Both the position numbers and the translations under genes were made by a program. A stretch of 64,000 nt of DNA from an uncultured Actinomycetes bacterium (GTDB lineage: Bacteria > Actinomycetota > Acidimicrobiia > Spongiisociales > ZC4RG35): positions 32,631 to 96,630 of the forward strand of contig CALKIG010000008.1 in assembly GCA_937989945.1 (NCBI GenBank), read 5' to 3'. Of this stretch, positions 55,752 through 64,000 are shown one piece after another. The notes under the pieces are model-generated. The model did no database searches, had not been told where the DNA came from, and saw only the letters and a list, made by a program, of their open reading frames with translations. Position 1 is the first letter of the stretch; each line of letters starts with the position of its first letter.

Positions 55752-58574
55752 CTAACCCCCAACGATTTCCCTGAGGAACTTCCCTGTGTAGCTCTCACCG
55801 ACCTGGGCGACTTCCTCCGGCGTCCCAGTGGCCACGACACGACCTCCCCCGCTTCCTCCCTCCGGGCCGAGGTCGATCACATGGTCGACGGACTTGATCA
55901 CATCGAGGTTGTGCTCGATCACGACGACCGTGTTTCCGGAGTCAACGAGCCGTTGCAGGACCTGGAGAAGCTTGCGGATATCTTCGAAATGCAGTCCGGT
56001 TGTCGGCTCATCGAGGATATAGAAGGTCTTCCCGGTCGACCTCTTACCGAGCTCCGAAGCAAGCTTGATGCGCTGGGCCTCTCCCCCCGAGAGCGTGGTC
56101 GCAGGTTGCCCCAATCGCACGTAACCCAGCCCGACGTCAAAGAGCGTCTGGAGGATGCGGGCGATCTTGGGCTGGTTTTCGAAGAAGTCGAGAGCTTCCT
56201 CGACGGGCATATCGAGGATGTCGGAGATCGTGTGGCCCTTCCACAAGATCTCCAGTGTCTCCCGGTTGTAGCGTTTGCCACCGCAGACCTCACACGGGAC
56301 GTAGACATCGGGAAGGAAGTGCATCTCGATCTTGATCGTCCCGTCGCCCTTGCACGCCTCGCATCTCCCACCCTTGACGTTGAAAGAGAAGCGGCCGGGC
56401 TTGTACCCACGCGCTCTCGACTCCTGGGTTTGGGCGAACAGGGCCCGTATGTGATCGAAAAGCTTGGTGTAAGTCGCCGGATTCGATCGGGGGGTGCGGC
56501 CTATCGGAGACTGGTCTATGTCGATCACCTTGTCGACGTTCTCGATGCCATCGACTTTCTTGTGCCGACCGGGCACGACTCGTGCTCGATTCACCTTGTT
56601 AGCCAGGGACTTCCAGAGAATCTCCTCAACCAACGTGGACTTCCCCGAGCCCGAGACACCCGTCACTGCCGTGAAAGTCCCAAGGGGAAACTCCACGTCG
56701 ATGTCGGCGAGGTTGTTCTCCTTCGCCCCGAGGACACGGATGCTCTCTCCGTTGCCTGAGCGCCTGATCAGAGGCACTTCGATCTGGCGCCGCCCTGCCA
56801 GGTAGTCGCCTGTCAGCGAATCCGACGTCTTGATCAGGGTGTCGAGATCACCTTCGACAACGACACGGCCGCCATGCTCTCCGGCGCCAGGCCCGATGTC
56901 CACGATGTGATCAGCCACTCTGATCGTGTCTTCGTCATGCTCCACGACGATGAGCGTGTTTCCTAGATCGCGGAGCCGCAGCAGCGTCTCGATCAGTCGT
57001 TGGTTGTCTCTCTGATGCAACCCGATCGATGGCTCGTCGAGGATGTACAGGACGCCGACGAGCCCTGACCCGATTTGGGTAGCAAGCCTGATCCTTTGCG
57101 CCTCTCCCCCGGCAAGGGTCGCTGCCGAGCGGGAGAGGGTCAGGTAGTCGAGGCCCACGTCGAGGAGGAACTTGATTCGGGCGCGCACCTCTTTGAGCAC
57201 GCGCTCCGCGATCGTCATTTCCCTCTCGTCGAGTTTGAGATTGTCGAAGAAGTCATGGGCGTCGCCGAGGCTCAGGTCCGAGACCTCTGCGATATTGCGC
57301 CCGTCGATCGTCACCGCCAGCGATACCTGGTTGAGCCGGCCGCCATTGCATGTCTGGCAGGGCACAGTGGCCATGTACTCCTGGTAGTACTCCCTGGCCG
57401 AATCCGACTCAGCCTGTTCATGTCGCCTCTCGAGGAACGGTATGGCACCCTCGAACTGTGCGTCCCACTTCCGCTTCCGACCGAATCGGTTGACGTACTC
57501 GACGGTGATCTTCTCGTCCCCCGTTCCGTAGAGAATCTTCTCTTTGATGTCTTCGTCGAGATCCTTCCAAGGCGTGGACATCTTGAATCCGAACACCTTG
57601 CTGAGGCCGGTGAGCAGACGGTGGTAGTAACGCATGCGATTGGATGCCCACATCGGAATCGCACCTTCCTCGAGCGAGAGGTCGGGGTCGCCGATGACGA
57701 GGTCGGCGTCCACTGTGAACCTCGTGCCGATGCCAGAGCAGTCCGGGCAGGCGCCATATGGGCTGTTGAACGAGAAGTTCCTCGGCTGGAGGTCCTCGAA
57801 GCTGAGACCGCACACAGGACACGCGAGGTGCTGGCTGAAGGTCAACGTTGGTCCATCGATCACATCGACGTCGGCGACACCGTCAGCGAGAGCGAGAGCT
57901 GTCTCCATCGACTGAGTCAGCCTCGTCTCTATGCCCTCCTTGCGCACGAGACGATCGACGATGACCTCGATTGTGTGCTGGTAATACCGGTCGAGCTTGA
58001 TCTCGTCGGTCAACTCGCGTACTTCACCGTCGATCCGAGCCCTGGAGAACCCCTGCTTGGCGAGATCTTCGAGAAGGCCCTCGAACTCCCCTTTGCGGCC
58101 TCTGACGACTGGAGCGAGGATCTGGAACCTCGTCCCTTCCTCGAGCTCTAGAACGCGGTCGACTATCTGCTGCGGCGTTTGACGTGAGACCGGTGTCCCG
58201 TCGTTGGGACAGTGCGGAATCCCGATCCGGGCATAAAGGAGCCTCAGGTAGTCGTGGACCTCAGTCACGGTCCCGACCGTGGAACGCGGATTCCGGCTGG
58301 CTGTCTTCTGATCGATGGAGATCGCGGGAGACAGCCCTTCTATGAAGTCGACGTCCGGTTTGTCCATCTGCCCCAAGAACTGCCGGGCGTAGGCCGACAA
58401 CGACTCGACATAGCGACGCTGACCCTCGGCGTAGATGGTGTCGAAGGCGAGCGACGACTTGCCGGATCCTGAAAGGCCGGTGAAGACGATCAGTTTGTCC
58501 CGGGGCAGCTCGACCGTGAGGTTCTTGAGGTTGTGCTCACGGGCTCCCCTGATGAGGATTGAGTCGATTGACAA
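55752..58574 (-). CDS. uvrA: excinuclease ABC subunit A
   Basis: [25 protein letters not shown], zinc modules (CPVCG.., [18 protein letters not shown]), two ABC signatures LSGGEAQR. 940 aa, TTG start. Confidence 0.95.
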   Translation of the reverse strand: MSIDSILIRGAREHNLKNLTVELPRDKLIVFTGLSGSGKSSLAFDTIYAEGQRRYVESLSAYARQFLGQMDKPDVDFIEGLSPAISIDQKTASRNPRSTVGTVTEVHDYLRLLYARIGIPHCPNDGTPVSRQTPQQIVDRVLELEEGTRFQILAPVVRGRKGEFEGLLEDLAKQGFSRARIDGEVRELTDEIKLDRYYQHTIEVIVDRLVRKEGIETRLTQSMETALALADGVADVDVIDGPTLTFSQHLACPVCGLSFEDLQPRNFSFNSPYGACPDCSGIGTRFTVDADLVIGDPDLSLEEGAIPMWASNRMRYYHRLLTGLSKVFGFKMSTPWKDLDEDIKEKILYGTGDEKITVEYVNRFGRKRKWDAQFEGAIPFLERRHEQAESDSAREYYQEYMATVPCQTCNGGRLNQVSLAVTIDGRNIAEVSDLSLGDAHDFFDNLKLDEREMTIAERVLKEVRARIKFLLDVGLDYLTLSRSAATLAGGEAQRIRLATQIGSGLVGVLYILDEPSIGLHQRDNQRLIETLLRLRDLGNTLIVVEHDEDTIRVADHIVDIGPGAGEHGGRVVVEGDLDTLIKTSDSLTGDYLAGRRQIEVPLIRRSGNGESIRVLGAKENNLADIDVEFPLGTFTAVTGVSGSGKSTLVEEILWKSLANKVNRARVVPGRHKKVDGIENVDKVIDIDQSPIGRTPRSNPATYTKLFDHIRALFAQTQESRARGYKPGRFSFNVKGGRCEACKGDGTIKIEMHFLPDVYVPCEVCGGKRYNRETLEILWKGHTISDILDMPVEEALDFFENQPKIARILQTLFDVGLGYVRLGQPATTLSGGEAQRIKLASELGKRSTGKTFYILDEPTTGLHFEDIRKLLQVLQRLVDSGNTVVVIEHNLDVIKSVDHVIDLGPEGGSGGGRVVATGTPEEVAQVGESYTGKFLREIVGG

Positions 58575-58619
58575 AACTCCGCCTGGTCTCTGAGTTACGG
58601 CAGTGTAATCAGTTGTAGA

Positions 58620-58635
58620 TCGAACACTTGTTCGC
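58620..58635. promoter_or_regulatory. LexA-type SOS box (actinobacterial TCGAAC-N4-GTTCGA class)
   Basis: TCGAACACTTGTTCGC matches 11 of the 12 specified consensus positions. It lies 46 nt upstream of the uvrA TTG start, inside the 132-nt divergent intergenic region. Confidence 0.6.
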
Positions 58636-58706
58636 TCGGGAGGATTTCCTCAGGCGCCGCACCGCCGCCGATACAGTGAGGCAGCCACAACGCCGATAGG
58701 TATTCC

Positions 58707-59456
58707 ATGGTCGAATCCAGCCGCAAGGTCATCATTGCACTTCCGGCCTACAACGAGGAACCGAACCTGCCCGACCTCCTGGGGAGGATGGACACAGCGC
58801 TGCGCGAGATGCACATCCAGTACCAGGTGCTGATCGTGGATGACGGATCGACTGACCGCACATACGACATCGCAGCCGAATGGGCCGACAAGGTCCCGGT
58901 GAGCGTGCGTCGTCATGAGGAGAATCAGGGGCTGGGAGCGACCCTGCGAGATGGGCTGGAATGGGCTCGAGACGTCGCGGCGCCAAACGACGTCATCGTC
59001 ACGATGGACGCCGACAACAGCCACACACCAGAGCTGATCGTTCGGATGATCAGAATGGTCCGGGAGGGCCACGACGTCGTGGTGGCGTCGAGATTCCAAC
59101 CTGGGAGCAGGGTGAGGGGTGTGCCACTCTCGAGGCGGGTGCTGAGCCGACTTGGCAGCTGGCTCTTCAAGGTCACCTTCCCGATCAAAGGCATCAAGGA
59201 CTACACATGCGGGTACCGGGCGTACAAAGCGGGGGTCTTGCAAGATGCCCTGGCCTCCGATCCGGAGTTCTTCGACCAGGACGGCTTTCAGGTGATGGTG
59301 GACGTGTTGATCAAGCTACGGAAGCGGCGCGATCTCATTTTCGGGGAGGTGCCGCTGATCCTCCGCTACGACCTCAAGGAAGGCGAGAGCAAGATGGATG
59401 TCGGCGCGACGATCACCAAGACGCTCAGCTTGATGGTCCATCGCAGGTTCCGTTGA
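58707..59456 (+). CDS. GT2 glycosyltransferase, polyprenol-phosphate sugar synthase-like (Dpm1/GtrB-like)
   Basis: IALPAYNEEPNL, LIVDDGSTDRT, TMDADNSHTP, ..ASRF.., ..CGYRAY... No C-terminal transmembrane segments. Confidence 0.8.
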   Translation: MVESSRKVIIALPAYNEEPNLPDLLGRMDTALREMHIQYQVLIVDDGSTDRTYDIAAEWADKVPVSVRRHEENQGLGATLRDGLEWARDVAAPNDVIVTMDADNSHTPELIVRMIRMVREGHDVVVASRFQPGSRVRGVPLSRRVLSRLGSWLFKVTFPIKGIKDYTCGYRAYKAGVLQDALASDPEFFDQDGFQVMVDVLIKLRKRRDLIFGEVPLILRYDLKEGESKMDVGATITKTLSLMVHRRFR

Positions 59457-60112
59457 ATTCTGAAGGTCCGGCATTCGATTACTACGCCGAGAGCTACCGG
59501 TCGTACGAATCACAGAACCCGCCGGCCAAGCTGGACCACTACTTGCAATGCGTCGCTCGATCGGTTGCAGCTGACCACCCGAAGCTACTCGACTTCGGTT
59601 GCGGGCCTGGAGCCTTTCTGAAGCATGTCCACACCCGGAAACCGGGATGGCGGTTGTACGGAACAGACGTCAACGAGGCGGCCTTGGAGGCCCTCACGGC
59701 CGACATCGATGCGGCGGTCTCTCTAGAGAGGATTGAGCAGGGTTCGAGACCCTTTCCCGACACCAAATTCGATGTCGTGACGGCGTGGGATGTGATTGAG
59801 CACGTCGACGATCCGTCGCGCCTGTTTCGAGATATCACCACCTGGCTAGCACCCGGCGGATTGTTCGCGTTTGTCGTGCCTGTCTATGACGGTCCGGCCG
59901 GATCGATCGTCCGATTCCTGGACAGAGACCCCACTCACCTCCACAAGGAGGGACGGGATCATTGGCTCAGCCTCGCCGATGAAGCCTTCTCAGTGCGTTC
60001 CTGGCACGGGATCTTCCGCTATCTGGTCGGCTCCCGCTTCTACCTGCACTTCCCGACGCGCCGCCTTCGCTCCATCGCCCCGGCCATACTCGTCACCTGT
60101 AGCGGCGACTAA
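59453..60112 (+). CDS. class I SAM-dependent methyltransferase
   Basis: TTG 59453 overlaps the GT2 stop (TTGA). Motif I LLDFGCGPG, ..FDVVTAWDVIEHV.., ..LAPGGLFAF... The first 164 aa of the 383-aa track ORF overlap the GT2 gene out of frame. Confidence 0.7.
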   Translation: MNSEGPAFDYYAESYRSYESQNPPAKLDHYLQCVARSVAADHPKLLDFGCGPGAFLKHVHTRKPGWRLYGTDVNEAALEALTADIDAAVSLERIEQGSRPFPDTKFDVVTAWDVIEHVDDPSRLFRDITTWLAPGGLFAFVVPVYDGPAGSIVRFLDRDPTHLHKEGRDHWLSLADEAFSVRSWHGIFRYLVGSRFYLHFPTRRLRSIAPAILVTCSGD

Positions 60113-61357
60113 CGCTGCGAGACCGGCCATCGACGAAACCAACAGCCAGTAGTTGGGGAAGCCACTCGTCACCAGAAGGGCCGCGGCAACTACAGCCACA
60201 CCGGCTGCCGGTAGAAGCTGCGGGGATACCCTCCGACGCGCAAACCAAGCGATCATCAATCCCACAACGAGGATCATCGCTGCCGTCGGTATGAGGAACT
60301 CGCCTCCAAGTGCTGCGATGGCTCCGTTGAGACTTTGAGTATCGGGGCGGAAACCGATATCGAGAGCGTTCCCTACGATTGCCTGGTAGTAATCGCCTAC
60401 TCCCAACAGCGCGGGGAATCCAGCCGTGATCGCGGCACTGGCTAGGGCGAGCCACCCCGGCCTACGGTCCCGTGAGTCCCTGTAGAGGAGCACAAGAGGC
60501 GCCAACACGACCAGGTATTGCTTCGACGCCATCGCAACCCCGAGGACGATCCATCCCCAACTCCGCTTCCGCGCAATCCCGACTAGCGACGCGCCGAACA
60601 GTGCGATGCTCAACGGCTCGGTCCAGGCCATGAAGACCGCCATCCTCCATATCGGCGTGGTGGCCAGGAGTACGAGAGCGCCCAAACTGACCCAGCCGAT
60701 CGAGCTCGCCCGACGGGCGAAGAGGGCCAAGCCCGCAAGCGTCAGGCCGAACGCCACCACGGAGATGATGCGCGAGTCTGTGAAGGTCGAGGTGGCCGCA
60801 TAGGTGACCAGGGCAGGCGGCGGGTACGGGTATCCCTCGACCAGGACATCAGGGCGATTCGGATCGCCGCTCTCAAATGTGACCGCGTCACCATATGGGT
60901 TCTGTCCGGCTGTGAGCGCCTCCCCAGCCGCAACGTGTGCCCTGTAGATATCTGAACTGAGATCAGGGTCCCAGTTGGGGACGAGGACAGACAGAGACCC
61001 GAAGAGAAACGCTATGGCTGCTGCGACAACGGCAAGACCTCGCACCCGCTTTGACGTCGCGAGCATTGCCGTTCCGGCAGTCGCAAGAGAGATGACCAGG
61101 CCAAGAGTCACACTCCCGGACAGAACCGAGAAGCGACCCATTCTCTGGGAGCCGGCAATAGCCAGAACCATGAGAGCCAAGCCACCGGAAACATATGTGA
61201 TCGGAATCTGGGGAAACTCGAAACCGACCACGGCGAGGAGCGTCACGATCAACCCCACAAGCGAACACGCAACCGATCCGATGGGGTTGTCCACCACCGC
61301 CGCTAACGAGAAGGCCGCCGTCGCCACCAACAGCCATCCGGCTCGGCCGGGCATCAT
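59990..61357 (-). CDS. large polytopic membrane protein, GT-C / GT87 (DUF2029)-like glycosyltransferase candidate
   Basis: ATG 61357 shares 1 nt with the wecB stop. More than 10 hydrophobic segments. The loop DIYRAHVAAGEALTAGQNPYG......EGYPYPP is reminiscent of PimE-type polyprenol-P-mannose-dependent transferases. Confidence 0.6.
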   Translation of the reverse strand: MMPGRAGWLLVATAAFSLAAVVDNPIGSVACSLVGLIVTLLAVVGFEFPQIPITYVSGGLALMVLAIAGSQRMGRFSVLSGSVTLGLVISLATAGTAMLATSKRVRGLAVVAAAIAFLFGSLSVLVPNWDPDLSSDIYRAHVAAGEALTAGQNPYGDAVTFESGDPNRPDVLVEGYPYPPPALVTYAATSTFTDSRIISVVAFGLTLAGLALFARRASSIGWVSLGALVLLATTPIWRMAVFMAWTEPLSIALFGASLVGIARKRSWGWIVLGVAMASKQYLVVLAPLVLLYRDSRDRRPGWLALASAAITAGFPALLGVGDYYQAIVGNALDIGFRPDTQSLNGAIAALGGEFLIPTAAMILVVGLMIAWFARRRVSPQLLPAAGVAVVAAALLVTSGFPNYWLLVSSMAGLAALVAATGDEYGRGDGAKAARREVQVEAGADQIAEDPVPGTH

Positions 61358-62448
61358 CAGATCACCCCGAACGCGCGCAGCGAGCTGTGCATCCGCTCCG
61401 AAGCGGTCCCATCTCCGTAAGGGGTAGGCACGTCGGCCAGGCCCTCGAGGAGATCCCGGCCACCGTCCAGCGCCTTTTGGGCCAAGCGCACCATCTCTTC
61501 CGGGTCGTCTGTCAGCCACGCAAAGGTGCCCAACACCTCTGGCCGTTCGGTCGATCTCCGAACCACCACAAGGGGGACCTTTACAAGTGACACCTCCTCC
61601 TGGACGCCGCCCGAGTCGGATATGGCCACAGCCGAATTGGCCAACAAGCTGAGGAATTCCGCATATGCAGTCGGCTCGATGATTCGCAGCGGCGTCAGCT
61701 TGTCTTCGAGGGAATGCTTGCGCACGGTCGAAAGCGTCCTCGGATGGATGGGCAGGACAACCGGCAGGTCGAGTTGACCGAGCCCTTCGAGGATTGCGGC
61801 TAGTCGATCGGGCGCATCGACGTTCTCTGGACGATGGAGTGTGACGATCACAAAGTCCCGACGTGAGACGCCGTGTTTCCCCAGCACCTCATCCGCGACT
61901 TCTTGATCCGGAACGATGTTCCGAAGAGCTTCGACGATCGAATTGCCGGTCTTCTCGACGCGGGCATCCGCAATACCTTCGTCTCTCAGGTTCTGGACGT
62001 TTACGTCTGTAGGTGCCCAGCAGACGTCGGCGAGGTGGTCGACGACGACCCGGTTGTGCTCCTCGGGCATTCGCCGGTCGAAGGAGCGCAGCCCGGCCTC
62101 GACGTGGAAGAGAGGCAACTCCAATGCATTGGCAGCGAGACCGCCGGCCAGTGCGCTGTTCGTGTCACCTTGAACCACCACACCGCTGACATCCGCAAGC
62201 TCGTCCTCGATTTCGAGCAGCACGCTTCCAATCTGCTCGGCACGTGTCTTGCCACCTACTCCGAGATTCAAGGTCGGCTCGGAGAGGTCGAGATCATCGA
62301 GAATCTGGGATGAAAGTGATCGATCGAAGTGCTGACCCGTGTGGATCAGCTTCGCCTTCTCGCCAAGAAGCTTGATCAGTGGGGCGAGCTTGATCATCTC
62401 GGGCCTAGTGCCGAACACCACCGCAACTCGACCACCCGACATGGTCAA
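61357..62448 (-). CDS. wecB: UDP-N-acetylglucosamine 2-epimerase (non-hydrolysing)
   Basis: VAVVFGTRPEMIKLAPL, ..VQGDTNSALAG.., ..HVEAGLRS.., ..PEEHNR.., ..HPRT.., ..DSGGVQEE... Confidence 0.9.
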   Translation of the reverse strand: MTMSGGRVAVVFGTRPEMIKLAPLIKLLGEKAKLIHTGQHFDRSLSSQILDDLDLSEPTLNLGVGGKTRAEQIGSVLLEIEDELADVSGVVVQGDTNSALAGGLAANALELPLFHVEAGLRSFDRRMPEEHNRVVVDHLADVCWAPTDVNVQNLRDEGIADARVEKTGNSIVEALRNIVPDQEVADEVLGKHGVSRRDFVIVTLHRPENVDAPDRLAAILEGLGQLDLPVVLPIHPRTLSTVRKHSLEDKLTPLRIIEPTAYAEFLSLLANSAVAISDSGGVQEEVSLVKVPLVVVRRSTERPEVLGTFAWLTDDPEEMVRLAQKALDGGRDLLEGLADVPTPYGDGTASERMHSSLRAFGVI

Positions 62449-63551
62449 ACACCCACCGGTTCATCGATAGCTGCGTCGTCGACGGTCCCACGACGGCTGA
62501 GCTGTCGATCGACCAGGAAGAGGACCACATAGGCCGTCACAGCCGGCGCCAGCGCCCTCGATATGTCGAACCAGCTGGACCACACGAGTTCAGTGAACAG
62601 GACGCCCAGGACGACGAATCCGAGATTCGCCCATCCAACCAAGTGACGGGAGCGGAGGGCCCTCAGACCGAACAGGATTATGAGGATCACCATCGCCAGT
62701 CCTGTCGCCAGGTCGAGCGGATCACCCAGCCAGTTCTGGAAGGCACGGGTGAGCCCGAGGAAAGGCGGCCCGATCTCGATCACCTGGTCGGCTCCAGTCT
62801 CGAACCCGAGCCTCAGTCGCAAGTAAGCCGCCCAGAGGACGACGCTTCCAAGCGGGAACAGTAGAGAGAGCCCGGCTTCACGCCGCCTGCCATCCCTCCA
62901 AAGCCAGAACGCGGTGCCAGCCGCAACAATGAGCATCGCCTCCCTGGTCAGGGCTGCAAGGGCCAAGAGCACGTATCCGAAGACCACTTTGGATCTCATC
63001 ACCATGAGAAGCGCCAGGAAAGCGAGCGCCGCCGCGACGATGCCTGCTCCGTCGATCGCCATCTCGCTGATGAACCCGAGATTCAGCACGAATGCGAGAC
63101 CGATCCACGGAGAGCCACCCATCTCCTGGGCTATCCGAGCGACCGCCCACGAGCCGAGCCCCATCGCCATGACATTGACGACCAACAGGCTCCACACGAT
63201 CGCTGCTGGCGGAAGGAGTCCCCCAGCACCCGCGATCACGGGATAGAGCATCCGTTGGCTGCGATAGAGGGGTCGGTCGAATACGGCCGCGTTCTCCGAC
63301 GGGCTCAGAATCCATGGATCGTTGGCCAGGACGAAGAAGTACTTCCCATCGTGGCCCTGGGCCGGGCGGAGATCGACCTCACCCAGTTGGTCTTCTACAT
63401 AAGCTCGAGTAGCGCCTGACTCCTCGCCCACAGACAGAAACACCGTTGGGTCCCAGCCGGTGGTGGCGAGGAATCGCAGCAGAAAAAGCGCAGAGATGAC
63501 CAAACCCGCTAGTCCCACCCAGACGGCAGCCCGGCGTGCCCCAGTTGTCAC
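62445..63551 (-). CDS. polytopic membrane protein, paralogue of 54771..55727
   Basis: GTG 63551 overlaps the upstream stop (GTGA). 368 aa with about 9 hydrophobic segments and the shared loop motifs noted for its paralogue. The upstream 129 aa of the track ORF are Arg-rich and out of frame with the methyltransferase gene. Confidence 0.6.
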   Translation of the reverse strand: MTTGARRAAVWVGLAGLVISALFLLRFLATTGWDPTVFLSVGEESGATRAYVEDQLGEVDLRPAQGHDGKYFFVLANDPWILSPSENAAVFDRPLYRSQRMLYPVIAGAGGLLPPAAIVWSLLVVNVMAMGLGSWAVARIAQEMGGSPWIGLAFVLNLGFISEMAIDGAGIVAAALAFLALLMVMRSKVVFGYVLLALAALTREAMLIVAAGTAFWLWRDGRRREAGLSLLFPLGSVVLWAAYLRLRLGFETGADQVIEIGPPFLGLTRAFQNWLGDPLDLATGLAMVILIILFGLRALRSRHLVGWANLGFVVLGVLFTELVWSSWFDISRALAPAVTAYVVLFLVDRQLSRRGTVDDAAIDEPVGV

Positions 63552-64000
63552 GGTCGACGCCCAACAGCGATGACGCTCAAGCCGGGAAGAGCGCCAATCC
63601 TCTCCAACGCCTTGGCCAGGGGAAGCATCAGGCCAAAGAGACGCGCCTGCCACTTGGTGATGGTCGTCCGCCCCATCAGCTTGTTGACGTACCAACCGAC
63701 GACACCCAACCGGTTGAACTCCTGGCACTTCACGATCTCGAAACCAGCCTGTTGCATCATCTCGATGACTTCGGACTTGCTGTAGCGCTGGCGATGCTCG
63801 AGAGCAGCGTCGGCATCGGAGTAGAGCCATTGGTGCGCCGGCACGAGAATCAAGGCATGTCCACCGCTTTTCAGCACCTTGCGAAAACCCTCGAGTGCAA
63901 GATCCGGCTTGTCCAGATGCTCGAGCACATTGAGGCACAGGACCGAGTCGACTTCCCAGCCACCTGAGTATGTCTCCGGAGCCTCCAAGTCGGCGACCGA
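63548..64000 (-). CDS. class I SAM-dependent methyltransferase, C-terminal part (5' end outside the window)
   Basis: ..VDSVLCLNVLEHLDKPDLALEGFRKVLKSGGHALILVP.. are the post-motif-I elements of Methyltransf_11/25-type enzymes. Motif I is missing, and the frame stays open to the window edge. Confidence 0.7.
   Translation of the reverse strand, partial: SVADLEAPETYSGGWEVDSVLCLNVLEHLDKPDLALEGFRKVLKSGGHALILVPAHQWLYSDADAALEHRQRYSKSEVIEMMQQAGFEIVKCQEFNRLGVVGWYVNKLMGRTTITKWQARLFGLMLPLAKALERIGALPGLSVIAVGRRP

Noticed and set aside
58961-59452. N-terminal 164 aa of the 383-aa plus-strand ORF 58961..60112
   Set aside because: This part overlaps the GT2 gene in another frame and is Arg/Gly-rich. The methyltransferase domain begins after the TTG at 59453, which overlaps the GT2 stop.

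Overview
High-GC (about 60-65% by eye) chromosomal core segment from an Actinomycetota genome. I count about 75 protein genes and 2 tRNAs. More than 90% of the genes lie on the minus strand, and many are joined by 1-4 nt start/stop overlaps (ATGA, GTGA, TTGA). The six-frame track often over-extends ORFs with Arg/Gly-rich N-termini, so I re-set many starts to the codon that overlaps the upstream stop. Content from left to right: tdh fragment; gcvT; the conserved actinobacterial MerR / bifunctional-nuclease / MerR(FtsR-like) / GarA / gcvH / pgsA block, interrupted here by hpt and a D-Ala-D-Ala carboxypeptidase; an orphan family-5 ABC substrate-binding protein; tRNA-Pro(GGG); der-ispH-cmk-aroA-rluB-scpB-scpA; HD protein, DksA/TraR, xerD, ald, pyrG, recN, nadK; HAD, M20 peptidase, NUDIX, GNAT, ppm1; a hyper-acidic DUF4193 protein; a DAG-kinase-like lipid kinase; helY-tatC-tatB-like; pafC-pafB-pafA; a compact Pup-proteasome locus (prcA-prcB-pup-dop-mpa); ferredoxin and trmI. 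A small accessory-looking patch at 42.4-46.2 kb follows, holding small membrane proteins, a holin-X-like protein, an MFS transporter, an Flp-pilin fusion protein and tRNA-Leu. Then come secG-gpmA-tpiA-pgk-yvcK-rapZ-uvrC, without whiA or gap. The last part (53-64 kb) is an envelope-glycan cluster wrapped around uvrA. No CRISPR array, rRNA, transposase or prophage was seen. Most worth a second look: (1) the polyprenol-phosphate/GT-C-type glycan cluster interleaved with uvrA and uvrC, with a LexA-type SOS box in its divergent promoter region; (2) an Flp-type pilin fused to a roughly 100-aa poly-acidic linker and a beta-rich C-terminal domain; (3) a tRNA-Leu whose anticodon reads AAG (A34); (4) a protein-like ORF between merR and gcvT with no canonical start codon; (5) a zinc-ribbon gene inserted between pafC and the tat genes. 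All calls come from reading the sequence and recalling family motifs; no searches were run.
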